A model generated the notes under the pieces. It saw only the letters and a list, made by a program, of their open reading frames with translations. It made no database searches and was not told the DNA's origin. Positions 11,215 through 24,923 of a DNA stretch of 64,000 nucleotides are shown piece by piece. The stretch is taken from assembly GCA_003971905.1 (NCBI GenBank), contig RSEE01000024.1, forward strand, positions 186,001 through 250,000, in the 5' to 3' direction. The DNA is from Moniliella sp. 'wahieum'. Its lineage: Eukaryota. Position numbers and translations under genes: made by a program. Every line of letters begins with the position of its first letter. Position 1 is the first letter of the stretch.

Positions 11215-12860
11215 GTTGAGTCGAGCTGAGTTGAGTTGGTTGCGTTGACTTTGTTCCTGCCTGGGCAGGTCGAGGGTTCAACATTCATCGTTCACTGTGT
11301 TCAACGTCCAACAATCAAGCTTCAAGCTTCAAGCTTCAAAATCATCTTTCCCGAACGTCCCGGACTTGGTGGAGTTCATCGTTCAAAACAACTTCCGTCG
11401 CGAGTGCGACTTGGATGTTGACAGTGCCTATTTATCTTCTTGGGGTCCGTTTCTTGTCGGCCCATCAGCCGTTGGTTTTTTTCCCCTCCTCTTGTCTATT
11501 CCCTTCGTTTGGTTTGGTATCTTTCTTTCGTTCGTTTGGTCTTTCTTTCGTTCCTCTTTCCTTGTTTTCTGTCACTTTTGAGCGGTTGGAAAGAGCCACT
11601 TCTTGTACACCCATTCGTTCCCCCCGCTCTTTTCCCCCCTCTTAGGGCCGTCCTCCGCCTCCCCCCCCCCCTTCCTCCATCCCATCCCATCCCCCGCGCT
11701 AGAAGGACAGGCGCCTGCCCCACCCCCCACCCCCGCCCCGTTCCCCCCCCCATATGCACATCGCCTCCTAATGGATCCTTTTGAGGCCGCCTCTCATCTC
11801 TCTCCCCATTCTCTGATCCCTCATCGAATCCACTCCACGCTCCCTAGCCGTCCTGGCCCGCATGTGCCACCACACACACTCACACACACATACATTCATC
11901 GTTCAATCGGATTTTTACCATGGGCACACCGCAAGGCATCTTAATCTTGGTGCGCCTTCAAGCTTCAAGCTTCATCCCATAGCGGGAGGGGTCTAGCGTT
12001 TACGTGCTCCATGGGAGCGAGCGAGACAGATATGAGGTGTTGACGAAAGTGAAGGCGGCCAGGGGAGGATCTGAACCTCACGTCTCAAGTCCCGAGTCAA
12101 TCTGAAGTCTGCCAAAGAGAGAGATCTCAGTCTGAGATCTCAGCTCCTGAGATCTGAAAGACCGGCTGGGCGAGCTCATCACAGTGATGAACCGATGCAG
12201 TTTGGGAGCGCCCACGGGATGAATCATGAATCATCGATCATCGATCAAGCTTCCAGTCGATACGAGCAAGATCTCCGAGGGGGGCCAGGAGGGGCGTGGG
12301 CACTGGCCGGGCAGAGCAGACCATGTGGATGGGAGGGGCGTCCCTGTTGGTCTGAGACGTGCGGCGGGTGGATCGCGGGGGCAGACAGCTGGCTGACCAG
12401 CAGCGGAGACTGGCGCCGAAGACCAGCGCAGAAGACCAGCGCAGAGACTGGCGCAGAACGCCGGCCGAATTCCAAACGCACGTGCAACTTTCAAATGCCC
12501 GCACACGCAGGCACTGCAGCGCACTGCCGCGGCCCAGGAACACCCGTGCTGTAGCTAGGCGCTAGGCGCTGGGCGTTCGGCCTGGCGCGGCGTGGCTGGT
12601 GTGGTGCGGCGGGCGGCGGCGCTCGCCATCGCGTGTGCTTTGCTCCGCGTCACCCGTCCTCACCGCCTCACCCGTCACCCGCGTCACCCCGCCGCTCCAG
12701 ACGCGGTGATATGATACGAGCAGGGTATGTGCAAGCCAGCGTATCTCTTGCGCAACCGCTCTGAAAAAAATGCATCTCTCTTCTCTGCTCACACCACCCT
12801 GCCACTCCGCCAGCCCCTCCTGCCCCCATCTCCTCCGCTCGGGAGTGCCACCATCTTACC

Positions 12861-14766
12861 ATGCACCCCCCTGGGCTTCCTCCCGACCATGGCAGCACCC
12901 ACGACCCCGCCCTCAGCCCCAACGCCTCCCATGCCAGCAAGGAGAAGGTCCCCTTGCCCTCCCCCGACGACTTGGTCGACAGCGAAAAGGCCGGCGCTCC
13001 CGACGAACCCCAGTCCGAACCGTACCTGTCCAAAGAGACCGGCGAACGCGACATCACGTCCGATGCCAATGTGCAGCGCCGCCTAGGCCAGCGCCACATC
13101 CAGCTCATCTCCCTCGCTGGCGCCATTGGCACCGGTCTTCCTCTCGTCGGGAACGAATTTGGCCCAGGGTGGCCCGCTGGGACTGATGCTGAGTTACATG
13201 ATTGTCGGCTCTTTTGTTTTGGGCACCATGATGGCTCTGTGCGAGATGGCCTGTCTCGCACCCACCAGCGGTGGCTTCATCCGTCATGCGGCCATGTTTG
13301 TCGACAAGAGTTTGGCTGCCTGCTCGGGCGCCAGTTTGGCTTGGGGCAATTCCATGTCGGTCGCCAGCGAGGTGAGTGCCGCGGTGGTCATCATCCAATT
13401 CTGGACCATGTTTTCGCCCGCCATGTTTGTCACCATCTTCCTCATTCCCATCGTCGTGGTCAATGCAGTCAGCATCCGCTGGCTCGGTGAAGCCGAGTGT
13501 AAGTTCCTTGTTGCCGCCTCCCTACCCATTCCGTAGCCCATCCTCCAAGCCGTCATGTCGCCCCCTTGTCTTCGCACCTTGCTCTCCTTTCCACCCCTGC
13601 GCCCAGACGAGCCCCAGGCGTGCTCTTCCCTTGTCCTCCGCCTTTACCATACTAACCGCCACCTCTCTTTTGCCAGCATTCTTTGCCCTGCTCAAGATCT
13701 GCCTCGTGGTTATCTTTGTGATCACCGGAATCGTGGTGGACTGTGGTGGGGGTCCCCGAGGTGATACTTGGGTGCGCGGTATTGGCACCCTGGTCCGCTG
13801 GTGGAATTCATGTCCAGCGGTGCAAAAGGGCGTTTCTTTGGCGTGTGGAGCTGCTTGATTTCTGCTCCTTCTCCTTTGCCGGCACCGAGTCGGTCGCGCT
13901 CGTCGCGGCAGAGACGGTGAATCCTCGCCACAATATCCGCAAAGCAGCCAAGCGCGTGTTCTTCCGCGTGCTCATCCTCTACCTTTTGTCCATGTTCATG
14001 CTCACCCTCCTTGTTCCTTCCAACGACCCGGCCCTCTTGGGCGATGGCGCGAACGCACGTGACTCGCCTTTTGTCATTGCGTTTCAGCGGGCAGGGATTG
14101 CCATGTCGCACTTTGTCAATGCGATCGTCCTCACCTCGGCGCTTTCGTCGGGGGAGCAAGCGGTGCTCGCTGGCTCACGTACCTGGTGGGTCTCGCTCTT
14201 GATGGTGTGATTCCCAAGTTCCACCAAGACCCACCGCTGGGGCATTCCCTACATTGCTGTGGCCACCATCTTATCCCTATCGCCGCTCGCGTACACTGTC
14301 GTCTCCTCCTCGGCCTCGACGGCGCGTTTTACTACCTGACCGACGTGGCGGCCGAAGGCGCAGTCTGGAGCTGGATGACAATCAACATTGCCTGGCTGAG
14401 AATGTACTACGGAATGGTCAAGCAAGGCATCCCTCGATCTAGTTTGCCCTTCCAATCGTACTGCCAACCGTACTTGACGTGGTACTCGCTGACGGGATGC
14501 ATCTTTATCCTCTTTACCAGTGGCTTCACATGCTTTATCACCCCCGTCTCGGAAAACTTTTCCGTCTCGACGTTCCTCTCGAGCTACCTCACCATCTTTG
14601 TCAATATCACCATCTTTGTCTTGCACAAACTCTTCTTCCGCACCGCCTGACACCATTGGACGAGGTACCGATCCGGCCTTGGCTCAAGCATGTCGCCGAC
14701 AACCCAGAAGATGTACCTCCCCGAGCACGCGGGTGGGAAATGCTGCTCACGTTCTTGTGGGCCTAA
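12861..14766 (+). CDS. APC-superfamily yeast-type amino acid permease (YAT/AAP family)
   Basis: VQRRLGQRHIQLISLAGAIGTGL, LAQGGPLG, ALCEMA...GGFIRHA, GEAE|intron 13499-13676|SFFALLKI, FSFAGTESVALVAAETVNPRHNIRKAAKRVFFRVLILY, SPFVIAF, VNAIVLTSALSSG, LPFQSYCQPYL. Several frameshifts. Confidence 0.93.
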
Positions 14767-15218
14767 CCTCTGTTTGTACGCGCTACCCTTACGATGATGA
14801 TCTGATTGATCAATCCTGGCATGTTACGTCCATGTGACATGTGACCCCTGCTCGTTGTAGCACCTAAAATGAAGGTCGAAAGAAGAGTAGTGTGGGCGCA
14901 CGGGTACAGGCGAGCGCGCAGGGGGAGTGGATTATAGCGTTGCTTGATTTAAGCTTGGTCCATAATGGCGGGTCTCGCGCTGCGCTCCAGTATAGGAAAG
15001 CTACCTGATTAGAGGAATTTTGGCCCCTTTTGGCCCCTCTGACGACCCTCTTAGTGGATTGTGAGCGGTTAGTACTAAGCTTAGCATTTAGCCGACAGCC
15101 ACCACACAGCCACAAACGTGGAGCTGACAGGAGCCAAACGAATACAAATACATGGATGGCCCATCCCTTTCATCCCCCCCCCCACCGACAACCCCCCTTC
15201 CTGTATCGGTCAGGCATC

Positions 15219-17162
15219 ATGCCTCCTGCTCTCCTCAACAAGATGCGCAGATCTGCCACCGACTCTCCTCGCTGTTTACCGCCCGACAATGGCCCATGGG
15301 GGAACTCAGTTCCCGGCCCTCATCTCGCCCAATAGAGAGTCGGAAACGTCCCATCGGTTGGGGTTGGACGGCTACGTGTATCCACCTGCTTCGGCGCTTG
15401 CCTACTCTCTCTCCCTCGTCGTCAAGTAAGGTAGAAGCGTCGTCGGCTGCCCTCTTTGCCCAGGGATCATGGGGGCAGGATAAACCCCCTCGACGGGGAA
15501 GCGATTGGTTTCATCAGCGGTGACCCATTGGAAGGGGCTTCGTCAGCTCGGCGCTCGTTCGCCCCACTGGCCCCCGGTGCTGCTGGCCCTCTGTCGCCGT
15601 TGGACAATCCGATTTTATCACCTTCCCTATCCTCTACCCTCGGTTCCGACCCGATCCAACCAGGTGGGACAAGAACGCTGCCGGAAGGCCCTCTGTCTTA
15701 TAACACATTGCCCTCGTTCCGACCCAACCTTCCATCGGAGCAGCAAGGGCGCGATACCATTCAGACCTCGGACGACCAGGTTACTCAATACACTCGCCAC
15801 CTCCAAACGTTTCTTGACGCATTCAATGAGGTGGCTGAAGGCATGGCGTGGATGAGCGGGGCGCAGCGTAGTCTGGCCCGTGCCGCACGAGAACTGTCAC
15901 GGTGTGCAATGACACGAACGAAGCAGGTACGTTCCTCACCTGCTTTTGGGTTCTGTTCTTGTCTCTCTTGTTTTCTTCAAAGGGAACAACTCTATATCGG
16001 CTGTGGATACTGAATCAGCTGCTTTGTGTTTGTGGGGGGTGGAATTACCGTTTTTGTGGGCGTGGCGGTACGGTATAGGCCAAGCCCTGGCTACATCCAG
16101 CTCCTTTCTCACGTCGGCCTCGGTGCCGGCGGACAAGTTGGCGCGCAGGGTAGTGGAGCACTACGAGAAGTACAATGCGGCCTGCACTGCCTACTTTCAT
16201 GCGGTAGCACGTGAGAATGAGCAGTTCACCAGCAAGACGCAAGCGCTGGAAGCAGCACTGCAACAAGCCGTTGTCGCTGCTTCAAATGCGGGCGGCACCA
16301 CAGGGGACACTGAATTTGGCATGCCTTGCTCACGTGGTGGTGCGATGGCGGGACACAAAGTACAGTACCAAACCCAGCTGTGATGGACGTGAACAGCCTG
16401 AGCGCTACCTTGGCATCAGAGAAGAGGCGGCACGTGGCCTACCTTCGCACCGAGACGCTCACAAGCCAAGTGGGGCTCGTCAACGTCCTGGGAACAGTAA
16501 CAGACGAGTCGTTTCGGTCACTTTGTGAGACGGTGCGGGGGTGCGGAAGGTGGTTGGGACCCGTGTTGGAGACGGCCAATTTGTTCAGCCTGGTATGCCG
16601 CCGATTCCAGTGGGCTTGCAGGTCAACCAAGAGGAATGGCACAGAGGCGCCAACGCAAACGAGAGTGACAACACAGAGCCCAGTCGTCATATGAACATGC
16701 CCGAGCCGACTGCATTGGCGGTGTCAAACAAGAAGTTGGGGTAGAGGAAAACGAGTGCTGTTGGTGGCCAGGAAACGTCTTCTCATCTGATGTTTCATCC
16801 AAACGGCCATCAGGGATGACAATAAACTCGACCGAAGTGGACACAGGGGACGCAGACGATACGGACGTGGCTCTGCTCGAGTCTTATTCCTTCATGCCGT
16901 CTCCTCCTCGCCCCTCTCTCCTTGGCGACATCAGCGAACGCCCTTGGATGGACCCACTGGATCGGGACTGGGTCGGGACAATCTAATACTCGACGCCTAT
17001 CACTTGCCCAATCCATCGTTCCTCGCCCGCAGCAGCACGCACGGCGCCAAAGCGACCAGCCATTTGTCGTATCCAGCCCAGCCTGAATGCTTCCCTTCCG
17101 CTTCGCAACTCCCTCCTTCTCCCCTTGCCATCCGAGGAGATGAGCAACAGGGACTACAGTGA
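15219..17162 (+). CDS. Hypothetical protein with a central amphipathic helical bundle (possibly BAR/IMD-like) and Ser/Pro-rich termini
   Basis: Chain of + strand ORFs (15030, 15456, 15946, 16326, 16944). Helical segments include HLQTFLDAFNEVAEGMAWMSGAQRSLARAARELS, DKLARRVVEHYEKYNAACTAYFHAVARENEQF and LASEKRRHVAYL...VTDESFRSLCETVRGCGRWLG. GTACGT donor at 15927. Boundaries and domain call are inferred. Confidence 0.5.
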
Positions 17163-18027
17163 CGTGCGCTTCTCTTCCAACACCCTTAGTGGTGATCGCA
17201 CCCCTTCGACCAACATGTAGTCTCGCTAGACTACTACGACATTTCCACCTCCCCATCTACCTCTCACTCAACGACTGCGCCCCTCTCAGTTTGTCTTTGC
17301 ACGCCAAAGAGTCAAGGGTTGAAGATACGCTGCACAGAAGGACTGGGTGCTTGCCCTTTCTTACGTTGGGAGAGCCGAAGGACGTCCTCTCGCCTCACTT
17401 GGTTCACCATTCGTTGTCCGCCCACCCTCACCGCCTCTCGCTCGCAGAAAGGGAACAGTGACTGGGCTCCCCTGTGGTCAAAAGGGCGAGGGAGAGGGAG
17501 AGTATCCGGCCTTTCAGTCTTTGGAGAGGCGAGATGTTGTGTATCCGTGCAAACCGATCGTTAATTGGTGACGAACGAAGATGAAAAAAAGTGAAGGACG
17601 CGTGGCAATGTGAATAAATGATGAAGACGATACTCCGTGGGGAGAGCACGTCCCCACACGCGCAGGACATATGCCACGCGAGGAAGGGAAGGGGATGCGG
17701 TAGAAAGTAAGAGTTTTCGCAGGTTTAAGGGGGGGATGTAGTCATGTAGATGGACAAGATGGTGCTTGAGCACTGTAGGGCAAGGCCCTCCAACAGCCGC
17801 AGCATCTTGCTGATAGGGACTTCCTTCGCCAGAAATCAACAAAACGCACAGGCGCGCCCCAGTATGGACCTAATATTCCCTCTTTTTTCATACACCACAC
17901 CCTTTCCGTCAGGTCGTTGCTGGCTGCCTGAAGCTCCTATTCGACATATATGTTGTGCTGACGTGCTTCTCGTTGGAGAGCAAGCAACTAAGCAAATCAG
18001 AGCAAAGCATGAAATTAGATTAGCAGA

Positions 18028-19392
18028 TTAGTCGCGCCGCTCGGGGTCAGGCCGGCCTGCGAGCCCATCGGCCGGGGTAGGGGCTGAGACGGGGGTTGGC
18101 AAGATCGGCGTCTTATCCGTTTGCTTCATTTTGGCCACTGCATGACCACACCACAGCTCCAAAGCCCATGGCGGGCCAGGGCGTTGCCGGGGTGGCATGT
18201 CTCCAAAAAACAGCATACCGACAAGCTAAGGGCAGTTTGTTTAGCGCTCCGGTCATAGAATAGGTGGGTGCTGCGTGAACGCGGATGCACCACGCCGTGG
18301 TGAAGGAGATCAACATGGCACACGCCCCACTGAACAGGATGGCGGCCACCATCCCGGCCCGCTTGGGCGCGGGGAAGCACGCTTCAAAGTTTGCCTTGGT
18401 CCAGGTTTCCACCGCCAGGGAAGAACAGCAGCAGAACAGGGATGGTGAGTGCATTGTTGTAGTACATGAGTCCCAGTCTTTAAACCCAATCACCTTGATC
18501 CGCTTGCGCATCAACAATACCTGCCCATCGCGTGTGTCAGTCTAGAAGTCCACACCAAGGCAGTTGGAGGGATAACGTACGTAGGCGGCGCTGCAGAAAC
18601 AGTTACACGCCATCCAAATGTAGCCGATAGAGTCGTTGAGTTTCGAGGGTCCCACTTGTCCCACTTGTCCCACTTGTCCCGCCTGCCCTACCTGGCCCGC
18701 GTGGGGTGGCGGCGTATCCGCCCAATAGGCAACGATGGAGGAAAGGATCATCAGAGCAAATGCTGTGCCCGTAAGGGTGATCTTTCCGTTGAACCAGATC
18801 GTTTCTCCATAAGCAATGAGCACAATGGTCAGGTTCTTAAAGATGGTGTAGACACTGACATTGAGGTGCTGCAGCGCTTTGGAGCCAGTGTAGATCACAG
18901 CAGCCAGCAACGCCGAGATGGGGAACCAAAGTCCCATATCGTGCTTGTTCAGCCCTCGCAACTGAATCCACCCGACTTGCCGCGCAAGCAGCACCAATAG
19001 CCCCCACCACCGACTGCAGCATCAACACGACCAGATTCAAATCGAAGTGGGGATCCTTGACGATGAACTGAGAGGCGGGTCGCGGGGAGGGTCAGGAAAC
19101 CGTTTCTTCTCACAGCGAAACGTGGGGTAGGAGTGGGCGGTGAGGGCATACCTTATTGGCCACGGTCATCATGATACTCGACACGCAGTACGAGAGGATG
19201 GCAGGAGTACCATGGGAGGGTTTCTTCCTTTTTGTTCGAGGGGCGCCATGTCGCGCGCGTCGGCCGCGTGGCTCTGGCCGTATGCGCGCTGGGATCGGTG
19301 CTGGTTGGAGGGTACTGGAGGAAGGCGTCCGTCTCGCCCTTGCTCTCCTCCGGGGAGGGTGCAAAAAAGCGCCCGCGGTCCGGCGCACTCAT
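18028..19392 (-). CDS. VRG4: Golgi GDP-mannose transporter
   Basis: AILSYCVSSIMMTVANK|intron, WFPISALLAAVIYTGSKALQHLNVSVYTIFKNLTIVLIAYGE, GYIWMACNCFCSAAY|intron|LMRKRIK...FKDWDS, TAWCIRV...TYSMTGALNKLP (GALNK signature). Many indels in the 3' part. Confidence 0.95.
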
Positions 19393-20102
19393 CTGCCGTA
19401 GAAGAAGCGGCGGTGATTATGTGGTGGTTAGAGCTGAGCCTCAAATCTGAGAGAAGTTTATTTTCAATCTTGGAGGGGGAGCCAATGTGATGTTCGTCCC
19501 TCGTGTGACATGTGATCCCTTCGTGCTCTTAATTCTGCCATGGCTCAACGCACACAGCCGCTCCCACTGCCCGTGCTGACCAGACTGCCCAACACGCTCG
19601 GCCTGTGTTGTCTTGCTTCCTTCAGAAGTGCGATTGAACCATAGAGCTTGAAGCTGGAGGAAGCTTGAGCTGGCTTCGGACACCCAGAGTAGGAAGTGGA
19701 GGTCCCAAGTTAGGGTTTTTTTTTTCATGGTTGCACGCGCCTTTGTCCGATGTGCGCGAGAAGAATTAATACTGAGGCTGCCAACAATATCCTTTCTGAT
19801 GGGCATCGAAGGCTGGAAGCGGGCATCGTGGCAGATCGAGCTGCCTCGGGGCTCAGTGAGGACTGAGTTACTATGGCGCCTTCTCCGTGCTGCTCTCCCA
19901 AGCCATATTGAAGCTTGGCGTGAAGTCTCAGCCTCACTAGTAGCCTCACTTGCCAATGCGCTGATTTCAATCATGCATTGGCCACGTGGAGCGCGCTCCC
20001 CGACATTAGAATGGCCCAGATGAGAAGGCTGGCGTTTGGGCTCTTCGCACCCACCTACCCAGCAAGGGAATCACTGGCGGCCTTGTGTGGTTGCCCCCGC
20101 CA

Positions 20103-23100
20103 ATGGCACCTCCATCTCCACGTCCTGTGTCATCGCCCTCTCCATCCTCAGCCCCTGCTCCCGTTCCGGCGCAGGAGCCGACGCCAGCCCCAGCTCCAGC
20201 CTCAGCCCCAGAAGCTGTTGCCGCCCCCCATGCCGGCTCTTCCCGCCGCCGCGTGAGGGCTACGATGGGCTTCTCGCTGCTCTTGCATCTCCTCTTCACA
20301 TGGTCCGTCTTTGACATCTACTTCACCTCGCCCGTCGTTCATCCTGGCAAGCACTTTGCTATCAATGATACCTACATGGTCCACCCTGCTGAGGGCATCC
20401 CCACCTCCACCATGGGTCCGAACCCCTGGGCTGGTCACAACACGATCCCCTCCTTTTTAATGGCGAGAAGGCGGACCCTGCCCCATCTCAGCACTTGGAC
20501 CCTGAGCAGATTGAGCAGATCAAGGCTGAAACAGGCGCCGGGGAAGAAGAAATTCTTGCTGCTCTCAAGCAGGAGCAAGAGTTGGTTCGCGTAGGTGGCT
20601 TTATGGACATGGAGGTGTACCGCCCCTGGCAACCCCCTGCAAAGCGTCTCGTCCTCCTCGTTGGTGATGGCCTTCGTGCCGACACCCTCTTTAAGCATCA
20701 TCCTGCCACCGCCCTCCCTGCCTGGGCTCAGTATGATCTCGTCCACGCATCCGCTCAGGTGGAGTATCCCTCAGCCCTCGTGCCCATCAAGGACAACCTG
20801 ACTTCAGGGGCCAAGACCGACCCCACTTCTCTCTACACTGTAGCTCCGTATCTCAACGCGATTGCCAGTGAACGCGGAGCATGGGGGGTGTCTCATACCC
20901 GTGTCCCTACTGAGTCCCGGCCAGGACATGTGGCGTTGATCGCGGGCATGTACGAAGACGTTAGTGCAGTGACCAAGGGTGCGTATCTGTGTTTTTCTTC
21001 CCCGCACCCACGTTTCTGACCCATCTGCAGGATGGAAGACCAACCCCATTCCATTTGACTCGGTCTTTAACCAATCCACCCACACCTATTCCTTTGGATC
21101 GCCCGATATCCTGCCCATGTTCGCCCAGGGCGCTGCGGCCGACAAGATCGATATGTGGACGTACCATGAGGAAGACGAAGATTTTACCAAGGATGCCACC
21201 CATCTTGATCTTTGGGTCTTGGATCAACTTACGGACCTCTTTGCGCGGGCTAGGGAAAACGCTACACTCCATGCACAGCTCTCACGCCCTGGCACTGTTT
21301 TCTTCCTCCACCTTTTGGGGCTGGACACTACGGGCATACCTATGGCCCGGCCTCGCGCCGAATACCTGGGGAATACGATCGTCGTTGACGCGATCGCCGA
21401 AAAGGTCGAACAGCTGATGGAAGAGTTCTTCAACGACGAGCAGACTGCCTATGTCTTCACCGCTGACCATGGGATGAGCAACAAGGGCAACCACGGCGAT
21501 GGCGACCCAGACAACACTCGAACTCCACTTGTGACTTGGGGCGCTGGTATCCGTCCCCCCTTGCTTTTGCCTAAGGAACATGCGCAGTATGCGTCTCGCG
21601 CGTCCGACATGGAGCGCGACCCGTATTACAATGACTGGCGCAGTGTGGAGTCGATCTACCGTTCCGATGTGGAGCAAGCGGACGTGGCGGCTCTCATGTC
21701 GGGTCTGCTTGCGGCTCCTTTCCCTGGCAACTCGGAGGGACGTCTTCCGGTTGACTACCTCGCCACCACCGAAGAATATGCTGCACGGGCTATGCTTGCT
21801 AACGCCCTGGAGATCCTAGAGATGTACCGGACCAAGCATGCTGATCGCGCACGACGGACGATCGGGTACAAGGAGTTTGCCCCTTTGCGGGATACCAATG
21901 CTCTCCCTGATGGCGAGGAAGATGAAGAGGAGCCTGATCTTCCTGGAGACCAGATGGTACACGAATCCAAGTACTTTATCATGGCTGGCGAATACGATGA
22001 AGCGATCCCCATCATCCGCGACATTGTCAAGCTTTCTCTCGAAGGAATCAAGTATCTCCAGCACTACGATTGGTCTCTCCTTGCCTCCCTCGTCGTCGCC
22101 GGATACGTGGGATCAATTTTGAATGGGCTTGCGTTTTTGGTGCAGATGTTTGGCCTAACCCTGAACAATACGAGACAGCCAGGTCCACGACTCGGGTCTC
22201 TGTCATCCTCAGCCGTGTCCTCCCGGCTCTTGGTTTCGTTGCGTTGGCTACCAAGTTCACTATCGAGGAGGCACCAAGCACCTATTTCTTCTATGCTGCT
22301 GCCACCGCCGCCCTCTGGTCGCGGGTCTTGCCCAACTACCGATCTTCAAGGCTGCCCTGACTTCCCAGGTTGCAGGCCGTATTCTCCTCGGAATCGTCCC
22401 CGTGCTGGTGCTGCTTGAGACGATCGTCGTAGGGTACCTCGTCCGCATTGCTTGGACCGTGGGCTTCATCCTGATTGGGGTCGTCTGGCCCTTGTTCAGT
22501 GTTGGGCCCCATACGCTGCGGAAGAACCCTTGGTCCTGGGCGGCCTGGACAGGAACTTGCTTGGCGAACAGCCTCTTTACCCTTGAGACACTTGACAAGA
22601 AAGAAAGCATCCCCGTCCTCATCGCCACGGGCGTTCTCTTCCTCATTACTGGGCTTATCACGTTGAAGAACGCTTCGGCCTGGATCGGCACTGCAGGACA
22701 CCCAGATGACCTGAAGCGCACCTGCCAAGTACTTACATTTGAGTTGCTCGCCCTGGTCGCCGCCACCGCGTTTACTGTCATTTCGTCCCACAGCTTACAG
22801 GCCAAACAGGGTCTCCCCCTCTTTTCTCAAGTTGGCGCATGGGCGGTGCTCATCTCCTGCCTCACCGTCCCATTCCTGTATGGTTTTGTAAGGAGGCAGA
22901 GCGGCCCATCTCAACCCCCTGCCCAACGCATCGTGATGACTGTTTTCGCCTTTGCACCCATCTTTATTCTCCTCTCCATTCGTGACGAGGGGCTTTTCTT
23001 TGCCTCCTTCACATTCTCACTTCTGGCATGGGGCCGGATCGAGGCGCTCTTGTTTGCCCAACAAGCGCCCGTGTTCAGGACTAGCACGAGCGGGATCCGA

Positions 23101-23644
23101 GTAATCGGATTACAAGATACTCGAGTTGCGCTCTTTTTCCTCTTCTTCCTCCATGCCGCCTTCTTTGGAACGGGTACGTATGCGCACTCCCTTCGCTACC
23201 GTTAGACGCTGACTGTATATGCAGGTAACATTGCCTCCATCTCGTCCTTTTACCTACCGCCGGTCTACCGGCTCGTACCCATCTTTAGCCCTTTCCTCAT
23301 GGCTGCCTTGTTGTTGCTCAAGATCATCGTGCCCCTTGTTCTGCTTTGCGCTGTCTTCCAAGTCCTTTGTCTTTCCCCCCGGACAAACGGCCAGGGGCGT
23401 GTGCTGGATGCGGGACTGCAACTGGGCAGTGCGTCTCCGCTTGTCCTCGTTGCTGGCCTGGCCACCGACGCGCTTGCTCTCAATTTTTTTCGCCATCAAG
23501 ACGGAGGGCTCTTGGCTTGAGATTGGCCAGACCATCACGCACTTTATCTTGGCTAATTTGCTCCAGGTCTTTATGCTCGCCCTTACGGCGGTTACGAGCG
23601 CCATGTTCCTTGGCGTGCGTTCTACTCATCTCAAAACAAACTAA
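20103..23644 (+). CDS. MCD4: GPI ethanolamine phosphate transferase 1 (PIG-N)
   Basis: [67 protein letters not shown]|intron 20979-21030|[39 protein letters not shown]|intron 23174-23224|[22 protein letters not shown]. Confidence 0.97.
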
Positions 23645-23756
23645 CTAGCCTTCACTGCGCGGGGCGGGGCTGGAACCTACCCTTAATTCATCTTACCGTC
23701 CCTCTTCTTCCATGGTAATACGCAGTCGTAGGCATTGCGAGCAAGCAGGTACCCCG

Positions 23757-24500
23757 TTACTTCTCCCTCGTATCGAGGGTGATGGTCACCGGGCCATAGT
23801 TCACCAGGGACACGTCCATCATGGCACCAAATCGGCCATCTGACCACCGACCGTTAGCCTCGAGCCCTACGCACACCGTCAGAGGACACAAAACATACCA
23901 AACACACGGTTAGCTTGGTATCCGTCCCGCATCTGTTGGAGAAACTGGTCATAGATCTCCTTGGCAGCCGGTCCCGACATGGCCCGATGAAAGTCAGGTT
24001 TGGTTCCCTTGCTCATTTGGGCATAGAGCGTGAACTGCGACACACAGAGGATCTCGCCTCCCAGGTCCATCACATTCGACCGCCACGGCCTGCCTCCCCA
24101 CAGATCTTCCCCCCCGACCTTGTCTCCCGTCTCGGTGACCGGCGTGGTCGCCTCCGACAGGGAAGCCGGCGTCGTTGGTGTCACACCGCCCGACAGGGAT
24201 TGGATGGCCTTGACTACCGAGCCTGGGTCGGCGCCTCCGCCGGCAGGGGTGTGGCTCTTGGCATTTTCGTTCCACAGTTTGGCCCCAAGCACCTTCTTGA
24301 CCAGCTTGGGGATGTCGTCGAGCGTGTCCTCCTTGCACACCCCAATCAGCGCCACGAGGCCGGGGCCAATCTTGGACACCGTCTGGCCGTCGACTGAGCG
24401 GCGTGTGAGCATTAGCGCACCAACGCTGGGGAGGAAGGGGTGGGTGGGCCGACGTACCTTCCACAGAGGCAGCCTTGACGCGTTGCAGGACAGCACGCAT
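23757..24500 (-). CDS. DTD1: D-aminoacyl-tRNA deacylase, two introns
   Basis: MRAVLQRVKAASVE|intron|VDGQTVSKIGPGLVALIG, ILCVSQFTLY, KPDFHRAM, intron, DGRFGAMMDVSLVNYGPVTITLDTREK-stop. The SQFTL and Gly-Pro motifs are present. Confidence 0.95.
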
Positions 24501-24923
24501 TGGGAAGGCGGGTGAGTGGGGAGTGGTGAGGGCTGGTAGAGATGTGCGAGTGCTGGCCCAGGCTAACCGCCAGTGCTTCTGACTAGCTTTCTCCGGCGAC
24601 GCATCATGCATCACGTGATGTGCAGCCGAGGGGCTGCGATATTCATAGGCAGCTACGTGAGGTCACATGAGCATGACCGATGACGGCCATCGGAGAATGC
24701 GGCTGCGTGAAATGTTCAACGCGCGCTGCGCATCCCCGCCGACGCTCGGCTGCGTGCTGGGTGGCGCCACGCACACTGCCCCGCGCTGGCTTCCCGCGCA
24801 GATCGCCACAGGTGGCGCGGGCGCAGGGGGCAGTGTGCGGGGGGGTGGGCACGTGCTAGACCAGAGACGTGGAGTGGCCTCCGACTCGCCGTCGGGGCCC
24901 GCTTCCTCCCCTCCACATCCACC

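Noticed and set aside
12400..12465. Repeated GAAGACCAGCGCA/GAGACTGGCGC units as a CRISPR or mobile-element end
   Set aside because: Short degenerate tandem repeat with no spacers, cas genes, terminal repeats or target-site duplication, in a eukaryotic context.
17637..17657. GTGGGGA-N7-TCCCCAC hairpin as an ncRNA or terminator
   Set aside because: A single 7-bp stem is expected by chance in GC-rich DNA, and no supporting RNA family features are present.
23640..23660. Stop-codon readthrough to a cryptic PTS1 (TAA CTA after MCD4)
   Set aside because: The known efficient context is TGA CTA, and Mcd4 is an ER membrane protein. The other stop codons I checked also lacked TGA CTA.
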